Assembly: GCA_038203965.1 (NCBI GenBank)
Contig: JBBRDL010000001.1
Coordinates: 1-58,905 of the forward strand
Direction: 5' to 3'
Length of the DNA: 58,905 nucleotides
Origin: Chitinophagales bacterium
GTDB taxonomy: Bacteria; Bacteroidota; Bacteroidia; Chitinophagales; Saprospiraceae
Shown: positions 39,428-50,409 of the stretch, in pieces
Layout of the letters: every line of letters begins with the position of its first letter
Numbering within the stretch: position 1 is the stretch's first letter
Made by a program: the position numbers and the translations under genes
The notes under the pieces: generated by a model
The model's input: only the letters and a program-made list of their open reading frames with translations
The model's database searches: none
What the model was told of the DNA's origin: nothing

Positions 39428-39434
39428 CCAGGGT

Positions 39435-40643
39435 TTAGTTTAGGATTGGCAAAGGAACATACCCTTTATACTCTTTGTCTTCATCAAAGGTTGTATCGCT
39501 CCAATCATGCAGCTCATGATATAATGTATCCCGCTCAATGGGCGTTCTGCCCGCAGCCTTAATCAGTGTGACCAGGTCGTATGTACTCATGGACGGGTTT
39601 TGTTCTTCCGCCCCTGCCATACTGTATATTTTTGTGGTATCATCAATGGTACCGTCAAGATCATCAACACCAAAAGACATAGCGACCTGCGACATATCTC
39701 TTCCTAACATCGGCCAATAGGCTTTGATGTGATCAAAATTGTCAAGATAAATTCTGCTCACCGCATACATCTTGAGATCCTCCACAACAGTCGATTCTGT
39801 CAGATGAGACATCTCATTATCTTTATTACGAAACTTAAGTGGAATGAAAGTCTGAAAACCTCCTGTCTTATCCTGAAGTTCACGAAGTCTACGCATATGA
39901 TCTACCCTGTGAAAATAATTTTCGATGTGGCCATATAGGATAGTTGCATTGGATCGTTTACCGGCTTCATGCCACAATTCATGAATGCGTAACCACTCAT
40001 CCGCATTACATTTATCATTAGCTATCTGCTCCCTGATGTCTGGATGAAAAATTTCTGCACCCCCACCTGGCAGACTGTCTACACCGGATTCCACTATCCG
40101 CTTAATTCCTTCTTCATAACTGACTTTGGCTTTTTTGAAAATATAATGATACTCTACCGGCGTGAGTGCCTTGATATGAAGTTCGGGTCTGTGTTGTTTT
40201 ATCTTTGTGAAAAGTTCGCAATAGAAATCAAGATCATATTGCGGCAACACCCCACCTACTATGTGCACTTCGGTCACCGGCTGACCATCATATTTTCTAA
40301 CGATGTTAAGCATATCCTCCATCGAGTATTCCCATCCTTCGCCGCGATGTTTGATCAGTCTTGAATAGGAACAAAATTTACAAGTATAGATACATACGTT
40401 TGTAGGTTCTATGTGAAAATTACGGTTGAAGAAGGTCTTATTGCCATTCTTGTTAGTTCTGACCGTATCGGCCAGAAGGCTTAAAAGTGAAAGGGGAGCA
40501 TTTTCAAAGAGATGAATAGCATCATCCTCCGAAATCCGTTCACCATATAGCACCTTTTGCTTTATCGCTTCCAAGGTTGTTGAAAGAGCTTCATCCTTTG
40601 TGAGCGCCGACAAGAGCGCCGCCTCGGTATGGTTTTCAGTCAT
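39435..40643 (-). CDS. radical SAM menaquinone-biosynthesis enzyme, MqnE/MqnC (CofH-like) family
   Basis: CIYTCKFCSY CxxxCxxC cluster and adjacency to mqnA. I cannot separate MqnE from MqnC by eye. Start at M21 of the track ORF. Confidence 0.75.
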   Translation of the reverse strand: MTENHTEAALLSALTKDEALSTTLEAIKQKVLYGERISEDDAIHLFENAPLSLLSLLADTVRTNKNGNKTFFNRNFHIEPTNVCIYTCKFCSYSRLIKHRGEGWEYSMEDMLNIVRKYDGQPVTEVHIVGGVLPQYDLDFYCELFTKIKQHRPELHIKALTPVEYHYIFKKAKVSYEEGIKRIVESGVDSLPGGGAEIFHPDIREQIANDKCNADEWLRIHELWHEAGKRSNATILYGHIENYFHRVDHMRRLRELQDKTGGFQTFIPLKFRNKDNEMSHLTESTVVEDLKMYAVSRIYLDNFDHIKAYWPMLGRDMSQVAMSFGVDDLDGTIDDTTKIYSMAGAEEQNPSMSTYDLVTLIKAAGRTPIERDTLYHELHDWSDTTFDEDKEYKGYVPLPILN

Positions 40644-40647
40644 GATG

Positions 40648-41763
40648 TTACAAATATCGCAGTATTTCTTTGGCCTTTTCAATATCGGGTGGCTGCTGTT
40701 CAAGCAAAATGGTTCGTTGGTTAATCATTTCAGCCGTAAATTCCTGAGACCAGTATTTCTCCACCAACATACTTGCCGCAGCAGGTTGATAGAAATGAAT
40801 CGTGGTATCAAGAGAGGTATTCGTCTTATTGTTGGCTGATGCCAATACAAATCTGCCATGAAACAAGGCAGGAAAAAACTTGAGCTTCATGCCTGAAGCA
40901 TGCAGACTATGCACCATGATCATATGTGCATTGCGTATTAATTCAATCATCTTCTCCTGTGAAACATCCGCTTCACGCTGAAGGTTGGGAAACCTGACCA
41001 TTTTATCTTCAAATGATCTGTCTCCCGACTTTCCGGCCACGACTATCGGATATGGATGATCAGATGGCATTCGCCTGAGCATATCGAACAAGGCTTCCTG
41101 ATTGATTTTAATCGAAAGATCTCCCTGATAGAGCAGATAATTTCCACGCCCGGGCTGAATGTCCACCGTATCAAAACCATGGAATGGTGGCACATAGATC
41201 GTCTTTGCCCCTTGCGCTTCATACCACAACTTGTCATGAGGTGAGATCGCAAATACAACGTCAAAACAACTTGCCTGATCGCGCTCATAGGTCCGTAGGC
41301 AGAGAGATTCTCTTCTGAATATCAGGGATTTGACTCCTTTGCTTTGATCAGCAAGTTCCGCATAATACTGATGCTCAATATTATGCGCACGAAGCAAAAG
41401 TTTGCGGCCTTTCAATTCCCTGATGAAACCAGTGGTATGGATACCCTCAAATAAAATTGGGTTTTGGTCAACTGACAGGTTTTTAAGCAATTTCTTGCTC
41501 TTGCGGGAAGTGATGATATAAGGTTGATCCCTCGAAAAAAATGTCGGCCATTTTACTCTTGGATAATAATAAACGCTATCGGCCACCTCTGCCAAAAAAG
41601 GGTCAGGGACAAACGAACCGTATACAAAACAGTGGAGTCGGATACGCACACCCAACCTTTTCAGGGCAACAACACGGTTCCAAACATCAATAGCTCCGCC
41701 ATAGTTAGCCGGAAAGGGTACTGCGAAGGTGACGATGTGAATTTCCGGATAGGTCATTTGCAT
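40648..41763 (-). CDS. glycosyltransferase (GT4-like)
   Basis: 371 aa, GT-B-like two-lobed layout. The N-terminus FAVPFPANYGGAIDVWNR resembles group-1 glycosyltransferases. Confidence 0.6.
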   Translation of the reverse strand: MQMTYPEIHIVTFAVPFPANYGGAIDVWNRVVALKRLGVRIRLHCFVYGSFVPDPFLAEVADSVYYYPRVKWPTFFSRDQPYIITSRKSKKLLKNLSVDQNPILFEGIHTTGFIRELKGRKLLLRAHNIEHQYYAELADQSKGVKSLIFRRESLCLRTYERDQASCFDVVFAISPHDKLWYEAQGAKTIYVPPFHGFDTVDIQPGRGNYLLYQGDLSIKINQEALFDMLRRMPSDHPYPIVVAGKSGDRSFEDKMVRFPNLQREADVSQEKMIELIRNAHMIMVHSLHASGMKLKFFPALFHGRFVLASANNKTNTSLDTTIHFYQPAAASMLVEKYWSQEFTAEMINQRTILLEQQPPDIEKAKEILRYL

Positions 41764-41974
41764 TTGGTGTCTTTCCCGTTATATGCTGAATTTCAAGCCT
41801 TTACTATTAAGAAAATACAATAGCTCGGGATTAAGACGATGATTATAAAATTTATGATGTGGATGTAAAATTAATCTTACCTTTCTCAAACCCAAGAACT
41901 TATAAAATCAGGATTTATCGGGATAGAATAACTTCCTGAAGCTGACTACTATTACAATCAAACCCGGATTGCAG

Positions 41975-44746
41975 ATGCAAAGATGCTTTTTCATTGTGGG
42001 AATACTTATGTTGATATGTTGCCCCTCTCTGGTGGAGAGCCAGGTTACATTGCGTGGTGAGGTCTTTGATGAAATATCAGGAGAACCCCTCATAGGAGCC
42101 AATGTCGTTATCCAGGGGACACAATCAGGTACAATAACAGATTTTGACGGGCAATACTCCTTTAAATCGAATTTACCCCTGCCGATTACACTTGTTATCT
42201 CCTATACCGGATATGAACTAAGGGTCATCATTATAAAAGACGAAGTTTCGTTTACAAAGATAAGACTCAGTGAGTCCAGTATCTTGATTGAAACTATACA
42301 AGTGACAGGCAGCAGGATTTCTGAAAAACAGCGTGAATCTCCACTGACTATTGAATCGCTAGATCTGATTGCTATTAAAGAAACCAGCTCCAATGATTTT
42401 TATGAAGGATTGGGCACCCTCAAAGGTGTTGATCTTATTACCGCCAGCCTAGGCTTTACAGTCATTAATACAAGAGGGTTTAACAGTACCAGTCCGGTTC
42501 GCTCTCTTCAAATCATCGATGGCGTTGATAACCAGTCCCCTGGTTTGAACTTCTCTCTTGGAAATTTTCTTGGTGCTCCGGAACTGGATGTGCTTAAAGT
42601 TGACCTCATCCAGGGAGCCAGTTCAGCATTTTACGGGCCGAATGCCTTTAACGGAGTGATTGATATACAAACCAAAGACCCGTTTTTACATCCAGGACTT
42701 TCAGCAAGCGTGAAATATGGCGAACGCGACCTGCTGAAAACCGAAGTCCGCTATGCCAAATCATTTAAAAACGCCAATGGCGAAGATAAATTTGCCTTTA
42801 AAATCAACGGCGCCTACATGCGTGCTAATGATTGGCAAGCAAACAATCTGGAACCTACCTCCCAATCTGATACGGATGAGACCAATCTCGGAGGCTATGA
42901 CGCGGTGAATGTTTACGGCGATGAGAATGTAAATGGGCAAGATTTCTCTTCAAAAGAAACGGCTCGCATCTATCCCGGTCTCAACATCTTCAACAGAAGA
43001 GGATATGCTGAATCGGATTTGGTGAATTATGATACCGAAAACTACAAAGGCAATGCAAACCTGTATTATAAATTCAATCCATCGACGCAGCTCAGTGGTG
43101 GATTTAATTTTGGATCAGGAACGGCAGTTTACCAGGGAGAAAACAGGTTCCGTCTCGATAATATATTTTTCTGGCAGGGTAAACTTGAATTAAAAAAAGA
43201 GAACAAATATTTTATACGGGCTTATGTCACCGAGGAAGATGCTGGTGACACCTATGATATCTATGCCACCGCACTTCGGTTACAAACTGCCGCTAAAACA
43301 AACGACGACTTCAACAATGATTACACCCAATACTGGCAGACCTTTAATACCCTTAAAGTAAAGAAGCTCGAAGGGTATCCATCGCCATGGAATTTTGATC
43401 AGCAGAATGCGATTCTTGCCCAAAATCAAGATTCCCTGTTTATCTGGCATCATAACGCGCAACTTTACGCTAATCAAAAATCTCCTAATAGACCGAACTC
43501 ACCATTTTACGAGCCTGGCACAGCGCGCTTTGATTCTATGTTTAACATCATCACGCAAAACTATGCCAATGACCCCGACAATCCCGGAACCCGCTTTTAT
43601 GACAAATCCGGTCTGATTCATGTGCAAGGCGAATATAAATTTGAAACATCATTTGCTGATTTTACTACTGGAGGTAGTTTCAGGCAATATAATCCCGATT
43701 CCAGGGGGACCATATTCAGTGATACAGCAGGGACAAAAATCACCAATTCTGAATTTGGGGTGTATGGCGGTATTGATAAAAAACTCATCCATGCAAAACT
43801 CAAAATGAATGCCACCGTGCGTCTGGATAAGAATGAAAATTTTGACCTGGTGGTCTCTCCTGCCGTTTCCTTTGTGTACACGCCCGATATCAAAAATGTA
43901 TTCCGACTCTCCTTTTCTTCTGCCGTGCGGAATCCAACACTTGCTGATCAGTATCTGAATCTAAATGTCGGAAGGGCCCAACTTTTAGGCAACATAGCAG
44001 GATATGATTCGCTGATTACGCCAGCATCCTTCGTAGATTTTCTCAATACGCTCAATAGAGATACCTTGGTATATTTCGATGAACCCGCCATCAAGCCGGA
44101 GAAAGTAAAAACCATTGAAGTTGGGTACCGAGGCACCTTGTTTAACAAAATTTGGGTAGATGCAGGTTACTATTACAGTTTTTACACAGACTTTATCGGG
44201 TATAAGATAGCTGTCACTTCAGATTTCCACCCTCTTTTCAATTTTCCAATCAATCCTAGAGTGTATCGTATTTCATCCAATGCGCAGTCCAGTGTAACTA
44301 CCCAGGGTTTCAACATCGGAGGTAATTATTTTATGGGAACATATTATAATATATCCGGCAATTATTCCTGGAATATTCTTAACAAAAAGGGCACGAATGA
44401 TCCTATTATCCCTGCCTTTAATACGCCTGAACATAAATTCAACTTAGGGTTTTCGGCTAGAAACATGCCACTGGCTATACTTGGAAACCGGATCAAGAAT
44501 GTTGGGTTTAATATTAATTATAAATGGATTGAGGGCTTCATCTTTGAAGGTTCCCCTCAGTTTACAGGTGCCATACCCACCTACGATATGCTGGATGCCC
44601 AGGTCAACTGGACGGCTGAACAAATAGGCCTGACGATAAAACTGGGCGCTTCAAATGTGCTGGACAAAAAACAGTACCAAACTTATGGCGGGCCAAGGGT
44701 TGGTCGTCTTGCCTATATTTCTTTCCTTTACGAATCAAAATCATAA
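41975..44746 (+). CDS. TonB-dependent receptor with CarboxypepD_reg N-terminal domain
   Basis: Signal peptide, LRGEVFDEISGEPLIGANVVIQGT, plug (NDFYEGLGTLKGV...IDGVDN), long beta-barrel, and a C-terminal aromatic-rich strand. Confidence 0.9.
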   Translation: MQRCFFIVGILMLICCPSLVESQVTLRGEVFDEISGEPLIGANVVIQGTQSGTITDFDGQYSFKSNLPLPITLVISYTGYELRVIIIKDEVSFTKIRLSESSILIETIQVTGSRISEKQRESPLTIESLDLIAIKETSSNDFYEGLGTLKGVDLITASLGFTVINTRGFNSTSPVRSLQIIDGVDNQSPGLNFSLGNFLGAPELDVLKVDLIQGASSAFYGPNAFNGVIDIQTKDPFLHPGLSASVKYGERDLLKTEVRYAKSFKNANGEDKFAFKINGAYMRANDWQANNLEPTSQSDTDETNLGGYDAVNVYGDENVNGQDFSSKETARIYPGLNIFNRRGYAESDLVNYDTENYKGNANLYYKFNPSTQLSGGFNFGSGTAVYQGENRFRLDNIFFWQGKLELKKENKYFIRAYVTEEDAGDTYDIYATALRLQTAAKTNDDFNNDYTQYWQTFNTLKVKKLEGYPSPWNFDQQNAILAQNQDSLFIWHHNAQLYANQKSPNRPNSPFYEPGTARFDSMFNIITQNYANDPDNPGTRFYDKSGLIHVQGEYKFETSFADFTTGGSFRQYNPDSRGTIFSDTAGTKITNSEFGVYGGIDKKLIHAKLKMNATVRLDKNENFDLVVSPAVSFVYTPDIKNVFRLSFSSAVRNPTLADQYLNLNVGRAQLLGNIAGYDSLITPASFVDFLNTLNRDTLVYFDEPAIKPEKVKTIEVGYRGTLFNKIWVDAGYYYSFYTDFIGYKIAVTSDFHPLFNFPINPRVYRISSNAQSSVTTQGFNIGGNYFMGTYYNISGNYSWNILNKKGTNDPIIPAFNTPEHKFNLGFSARNMPLAILGNRIKNVGFNINYKWIEGFIFEGSPQFTGAIPTYDMLDAQVNWTAEQIGLTIKLGASNVLDKKQYQTYGGPRVGRLAYISFLYESKS

Positions 44747-44763
44747 AACTAAAATCGTTGATT

Positions 44764-46779
44764 ATGAAAAAAATCTTTACTATTCTGTTAGCCTCAGTCC
44801 TGATGTCGGGAGCCCTTGCAGCGCAAGATACCCGATATATAGATGAGGTGTTTTCGGATGTGATCATCCAAACCAACAACCTTTACAGTGTAAACATAAC
44901 GGTCATCACAGGTGCTCCAGCAGTGGACACCCTTCTTTTTGACCTATATATGCCTCCTGCAGAGGATACTTGTACGTTACGACCTCTTGTTGTGGTTTTA
45001 CCTACGGGAACCTTTTTACCTCGTGGTCTTTTTGCCCCAACTGGTGATAAAGATGACTACGCCAATGTGCAGGTATGCACAAGATTGGCTAAACAGGGAT
45101 ATGTAGCAGCATCCATTCAATATCGTGCTGGATGGAATCCGGTTGCCTTGTCAGATACCGTCAGACGCTCCACTATCATCAATGCAGCTTACAGAGCTGT
45201 TCAGGATTTGTATGCCTTTATCCGCTATGCTAACTTAACATCAGAGATGGGCAATCCATACAGGATTGATGTGGATCGGGTAGCTGTGTTTGGCATAGGT
45301 ACAGGTGGATTTGTTGGATTCAATGCGGCTACTTTGTCTCAGGATGAAGTATTCATTGAAAAATTTACCAATCCAGGTGGCTCTCCGATGATTGATACCA
45401 ACCTTGTAGGTGATCTCCATGGCATCAAACCGGCCCTGATCAATATTCCAAATCATGTTGGGTATCCTGACACCTTCCATTTTGCCTTTGGATTGGATGG
45501 TGCAGTTGGTGATTCTTCATGGATGGAAGACGGAAATATTGTTCCTTTTGTAGCAGGAGGTACGGTGACGCATCCTACCACACCATATGGTATTGATCCG
45601 ATCAGCGGTGAGATCAATTGCGACTTGCCAGTATATGCCGGTGCCGGTACAGGTACTTTCGTGGTTAATATTGCCGGTACGATTTGTATGATGTCAAAAG
45701 CGAATTCTTTTGGCTTCAATAATCCGTTAAACAAAGTTACTTATGATGATCCTGTTTCCGAAACATTGCGAAACCACGAAAATAGCTTTGGCGAGGAGCA
45801 TACATGGGCTATCAATCTTCCCGGTCCTCAAACAGGTCCATGGGAATATTGGGATTCTACCTTCTGGAAAACAGTTCCTTTTCCTTTAAATCCAGCATTA
45901 TCACTTCATGAGGTGGCAATTTCAACCAATCCTGATATGGGCTTCGAAAAAGCTAATCATTATATAGACACAGCACTATGGTTTTTCAGTCCAAGAGCTT
46001 ATACAGCTTTGAATCTAGGTGATGTCGTATGTTCCTGCGAAGGTGTTGTGCCTAACCCGGACATATTCCTTCTCAATGATTTTGAATGCCAGCGTAATTA
46101 CAGTTTTGGCGCCGGTAGTGATCGGTTGTCGACCATGGATAATCCGCTGCCAGATGCAGTAAATTCCTCTTCTAAAGTCGGTACTTATAGTGATCCCGTA
46201 AATGATCCATGGGCAGCGCTTTGTATTGGAAATAATACAAATCTTGATCTGTCTGTTTTTAACCGATTTATGGTTGATGTCAACAGCCCTGCAGCAGGTG
46301 TGCCCTTCCTCATTAAACTTGAAGGTGGCACCAGTCCAGCCGTAGAAGCATGGGTCAATACCACATCGTCCGGAACATGGGAAACACTTGAAGTAGATTT
46401 CTCTGCGCAGTCCACAGCAGATCATTTCAGAGTTTGTCTGTTTCCAAACGGAGGCGTTGATTCTCCTGATGCAGCCACCTATCTATTGGATAACCTCAGA
46501 TTTGAAATGACAACCAGTCTCCTTTCTGTTCCTACCGTCGGAAGACTGGAAATCTCCCCAAACCCTGCAGATCATGTTATCTACATGAAAAACCCGGGTG
46601 AAGCGACCAATTTCCGAATGATCAATAGTTTAGGACAACAAGTGAAGGCTCTCCAAACCCCACAAGGACAGGAGATCGTTTCGATGATCGTCAGTGACTT
46701 ACCTACAGGCATGTATATCATTGGTGCGTATAATACAGAAGGCCAACTTTTGGCTAACGCAAGGATCATGAAAAATTGA
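44764..46779 (+). CDS. secreted esterase-like / carbohydrate-binding-like protein with T9SS C-terminal domain
   Basis: Signal peptide. The alpha/beta-hydrolase-like N-terminal half is a weak call. C-terminus LEISPNPADHVIYM...GMYIIGAY. Lies 12-18 nt after the TonB receptor gene. Confidence 0.65.
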   Translation: MKKIFTILLASVLMSGALAAQDTRYIDEVFSDVIIQTNNLYSVNITVITGAPAVDTLLFDLYMPPAEDTCTLRPLVVVLPTGTFLPRGLFAPTGDKDDYANVQVCTRLAKQGYVAASIQYRAGWNPVALSDTVRRSTIINAAYRAVQDLYAFIRYANLTSEMGNPYRIDVDRVAVFGIGTGGFVGFNAATLSQDEVFIEKFTNPGGSPMIDTNLVGDLHGIKPALINIPNHVGYPDTFHFAFGLDGAVGDSSWMEDGNIVPFVAGGTVTHPTTPYGIDPISGEINCDLPVYAGAGTGTFVVNIAGTICMMSKANSFGFNNPLNKVTYDDPVSETLRNHENSFGEEHTWAINLPGPQTGPWEYWDSTFWKTVPFPLNPALSLHEVAISTNPDMGFEKANHYIDTALWFFSPRAYTALNLGDVVCSCEGVVPNPDIFLLNDFECQRNYSFGAGSDRLSTMDNPLPDAVNSSSKVGTYSDPVNDPWAALCIGNNTNLDLSVFNRFMVDVNSPAAGVPFLIKLEGGTSPAVEAWVNTTSSGTWETLEVDFSAQSTADHFRVCLFPNGGVDSPDAATYLLDNLRFEMTTSLLSVPTVGRLEISPNPADHVIYMKNPGEATNFRMINSLGQQVKALQTPQGQEIVSMIVSDLPTGMYIIGAYNTEGQLLANARIMKN

Positions 46780-46850
46780 TCTTTCTTTTGAGGGTAGCCT
46801 CTGAAGAATGACCTTATGCTCGACCGGCTAATGGTCCGGTATTTCGATAA

Positions 46851-46888
46851 AAGCCTGCAGTTTGTATGAACTGCAGGCTTTTGTTTTT
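46851..46888 (+). terminator. rho-independent terminator
   Basis: 12-bp perfect stem AAGCCTGCAGTT / AACTGCAGGCTT, 6-nt loop, followed by TTGTTTTT. Confidence 0.75.
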
Positions 46889-46924
46889 CAAAAGCTTCGC
46901 GGAGATACTATCTTTGGTTTTACG

Positions 46925-48934
46925 ATGCAGTTTTTATATCCGGCTTTCCTGTGGGCGTTGACCGCACTCTCCATCCCCATCATCCTACATCTTTTTTATT
47001 TCAGAAGATATAAAAAGGTATATTTCAGCAACTTACGATTCCTGCGTGAAGTAAAGGAAGAGACCTCTGCCCGAAACCGGTTAAGGAATCTCCTGATCCT
47101 TTTATCCAGACTGCTGGCCATGGCGTTTATTATTCTTGCCTTTGCCCAGCCCATCATTCCCCTCAATGAAACACTTAAAGCCGGTATCAGGAATATCAGC
47201 GTATTTGTGGACAACTCTTTTTCGATGCAGTCCTTTGGAAAAGATCTCTCCCTTTTTGATCGCTCAAGGCAGAAGGCTAAAGAAGTAATACTAGGCTATG
47301 GACAGGAGGATCGCTTTCAGTTACTTGGTCATGAATTATCCCCTTCCCAGAATCAATGGATCAGCAGAGAGGAAGCACTCGTCCGTCTGGAAGAAATGGA
47401 ATTTACACCTCATGTGAAGCCATTATCGGTAATCGCCGGCCGGCAAAAACAATCTTTTGGAAGGGAAGAAGGAAATGCGGTATCGTGGATGATCTCCGAT
47501 TTTCAAAAAAGCATCTTTGATCTGTCCAGTGATGATTCCCTTACTACGATCAACCTCCTTCCCATGAAAGGCGTACAGGAGAAAAATGTGGCGATCGATA
47601 GCGCATGGTTTGAATCGCCGGTGCAAACCCTTAATCAAACCTCTACCCTACTATACTCCATTCACAATTATGCTGCAGAAGATGCCGACAATATCCGGGT
47701 CGTCATAGATATGGATGGCCAGGAAAGACCGGAAGGAACTTTTGATATCATCGCCGGACAGATCCTGATTGACACATCGCTGATCACGTTACTCAGTACA
47801 GGCTGGCACACAGTAGCCATCCGTATCAGTGATTATCCAGTGACATTTGATGATACCTATTTCCTGACTTTTTATGTTGCCGAGAATCTCCATATCCTGA
47901 GCATAAATGAACGAACAGAAAACAAACGGATTACAGCAGTTTTTGCCAATTCATCCTACTTCGTTGTCGAAAATTCTTTAGCCAACAACATTCCTTACGC
48001 TCGACTTCAGGAATACAACCTTATCATCATAAACGAATTGACTTCTATTCCCTCCGGACTCGTTGCAGGGTTAAAAAAATATACAGAAGAAGGAGGCAAG
48101 GTTTTATTTATTCCGTCCACCGAAGGTCAGATCGATCAATACAATGCACTGTTGCGTACCTTTGGCGCAAATGAATTTCTGCCGCTGGAAAACAAAGAAC
48201 GAGAGGTTGGCAAAATCAATACTGAAGCTTTTATCTATAAGGATGTCTTTAATCGGACGCGAGCTAACATGCGCCTGCCGAAAGTCACGGCCTCCTTTCC
48301 ATCCGCCGGATCAGGTAGCAGAGGCCAATCCCTTCTCCGTTTCAGGGATGGTGGCGACCTCGCAACATTTTATCCATCGGGCAAGGGTGCGTTTTGTGTG
48401 TTTACTTCTTCACTGGATGAAAAAACCAATGACCTGGCGCTTCAACCTGAGTTATTTGTTCCGCTGCTGTACAAGTTGACTATTTATTCCTCTGACTTCA
48501 GCCCTATGGCTTTTACAATAGGTGTTGATCATTTAATACCTGTGGATCGTACCAGGTTAGCTTTGGATAAAGGAGCAATGATTTCAGGACCTTCTGAATT
48601 TATCCCTGGCTTGTCTCCACTTGGATCTAAAATTTTACTGGATGTCCAGGGTCAGGTAAAAGCATCAGGATTTTATACGCTCAGGCAGGAAAATGAGCTT
48701 GTAGCCTCAATGGCATTCAATTATGATAGGAAAGAATCAGACCTGGCAGTCACGGATGTTTTAGCACTTCCTCAGGATGGTAATCTCAAAGTGTGGGCAG
48801 ATCCGGAAGAATCTGATTTTACCCAACTCATTGAATCCAACCGTCAAGGCAAGCAATTGTGGAAATGGTGCATCATGCTTGGGTTGTTTTTTATTGCATT
48901 TGAGATAGCTTTGATTAGACTTTGGAAGCGGTAA
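46925..48934 (+). CDS. BatA-domain (aerotolerance N-terminal double-TM) protein
   Basis: MQFLYPAFLWALTALSIPIILHLFYFRR N-terminus and a C-terminal TM. The start is placed after the terminator hairpin. Confidence 0.7.
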   Translation: MQFLYPAFLWALTALSIPIILHLFYFRRYKKVYFSNLRFLREVKEETSARNRLRNLLILLSRLLAMAFIILAFAQPIIPLNETLKAGIRNISVFVDNSFSMQSFGKDLSLFDRSRQKAKEVILGYGQEDRFQLLGHELSPSQNQWISREEALVRLEEMEFTPHVKPLSVIAGRQKQSFGREEGNAVSWMISDFQKSIFDLSSDDSLTTINLLPMKGVQEKNVAIDSAWFESPVQTLNQTSTLLYSIHNYAAEDADNIRVVIDMDGQERPEGTFDIIAGQILIDTSLITLLSTGWHTVAIRISDYPVTFDDTYFLTFYVAENLHILSINERTENKRITAVFANSSYFVVENSLANNIPYARLQEYNLIIINELTSIPSGLVAGLKKYTEEGGKVLFIPSTEGQIDQYNALLRTFGANEFLPLENKEREVGKINTEAFIYKDVFNRTRANMRLPKVTASFPSAGSGSRGQSLLRFRDGGDLATFYPSGKGAFCVFTSSLDEKTNDLALQPELFVPLLYKLTIYSSDFSPMAFTIGVDHLIPVDRTRLALDKGAMISGPSEFIPGLSPLGSKILLDVQGQVKASGFYTLRQENELVASMAFNYDRKESDLAVTDVLALPQDGNLKVWADPEESDFTQLIESNRQGKQLWKWCIMLGLFFIAFEIALIRLWKR

Positions 48935-49036
48935 GTGAGAAGTGAGAAGAGAGAAGTGAGAAGTTGAGACAATGAGAAGTTGAGACAATGAGACAAGTGA
49001 GGCATAAAAGACACTGGCAGCTGGTAGCTGGTAGCT
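48931..49036 (+). repeat. GTGAGAA-type 7-8 nt array followed by an (AGCTGGY)n array
   Basis: GTAAGTGAGAAGTGAGAAGAGAGAAGTGAGAAGTTGAGACAATGAGAAGTTGAGACAATGAGACAAGTGAGG ... CTGGCAGCTGGTAGCTGGTAGCT. The TAA stop (48932-48934) lies inside the first GTAAG. Confidence 0.9.
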
Positions 49037-49103
49037 ATTTTCTGACCGCTGAAAGCGGGCAGCTAAAAAGATTAGCATAATTAGTATATTGTCTACATCG
49101 CGT

Positions 49104-50363
49104 ATGAAAATATTAATCAAAAAAGCCACCATCCTTCAGCCTGGTCAGGAAGAACCTGCAAAAAAGGATATTCTGATTGAAGATGGTATCATCACCAATA
49201 TTGCGAAAGGGATTAGTGACAGTCAGGCGGTGGTCATTGAATCACCTAACCTGCACGTATCACCAGGATGGTTTGATATAGGTGCACAACAAGGACAGCC
49301 CGGGTATGAATATCGCGAGACGCTCCATTCGCTCGGCAAAGCGGCGCGTGCAGGTGGATATACAGCCATTGCTACTTTCCCGAGAACAAACCCACCCATT
49401 CAGAGCAGGGTCGAAATCGAATATCTCCAGCAACTTTATGATGGCTATACAGTAAAGGTGTATCCGATTGGTGCGGTATCCCAGCATCTTGAAGGCAAAG
49501 ATCTCACGGAGATGATCGATATGATCCACGCAGGAGCCGTGGCTTTCAGTGATGGAAGAAAGTTTCCGCTCGAACCGGGGCTACTTACCAGGGCGTTGGA
49601 ATATGTGACGCCCTACAATTCGGTCATCATAGATTTTCCGCTTGATCGCAGTCTCACTGCAGAAGGTCAGATGCATGAAGGAAAAATAAGCACCTCGATG
49701 GGATTGACAGGCATACCATCTGTCGGTGAAGAAATAACGGTGCAAAGAGATATTCAATTGTTAAATTATACACGTTCAAAACTTCATTTCCACGCTATCT
49801 CGTCTGCGGCATCCATACCACTGATACAAAAGGCCAGATCCGAAAAACTATCAATCACCTGTGATGTGCCGGCCATGCATCTGCTGCTGGAAGATAAAGA
49901 TGTCGGTGATTTCAATAGCCACCTGAAAGTGTTACCTCCATTTCGTGAGGCCAGAGATAGAAAGGCTTTGATCAAAGCACTTAAGGACGGTGTGATCGAT
50001 CATATTTCTTCCATTCATACCCCGATGGAAGTTGAATCAAAAGAATGTGAATTTACCTATGCTTCCTTTGGATCCATTGGACTAGAGACTTCTTTTGCTG
50101 CAGCCAATACGGTGCTGCGTTTTGTCATGCCGCTGGAGGAAATTATTGATAAATTCTGTTCAGGTCCGAGAACAATCCTCGGTATTGCTGTCCCGCAGAT
50201 CCGCAGAGGCGCAGTGGCTGAACTAACCCTTTTTGATCCGGATATCGAATGGACATATACTGGTACTTCCCATTCTTTGTCAAAAAATGATGCACTCAGC
50301 GGACGAACTTTTACGGGCAAAGTCATCGGAAGCATCCTGAAAGATCATCTGACAGTAAATTGA
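49104..50363 (+). CDS. dihydroorotase-like amidohydrolase, probably non-catalytic
   Basis: Class I DHOase layout, but the HxH metal site reads SPGWFDIGAQ and the D.HAP region reads SSIHTP. ATG at 49104. Confidence 0.75.
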   Translation: MKILIKKATILQPGQEEPAKKDILIEDGIITNIAKGISDSQAVVIESPNLHVSPGWFDIGAQQGQPGYEYRETLHSLGKAARAGGYTAIATFPRTNPPIQSRVEIEYLQQLYDGYTVKVYPIGAVSQHLEGKDLTEMIDMIHAGAVAFSDGRKFPLEPGLLTRALEYVTPYNSVIIDFPLDRSLTAEGQMHEGKISTSMGLTGIPSVGEEITVQRDIQLLNYTRSKLHFHAISSAASIPLIQKARSEKLSITCDVPAMHLLLEDKDVGDFNSHLKVLPPFREARDRKALIKALKDGVIDHISSIHTPMEVESKECEFTYASFGSIGLETSFAAANTVLRFVMPLEEIIDKFCSGPRTILGIAVPQIRRGAVAELTLFDPDIEWTYTGTSHSLSKNDALSGRTFTGKVIGSILKDHLTVN

Positions 50364-50409
50364 TATATTTGATTTTCTTAGTCAACCAAAATTCAAACCA
50401 AAACAAACG

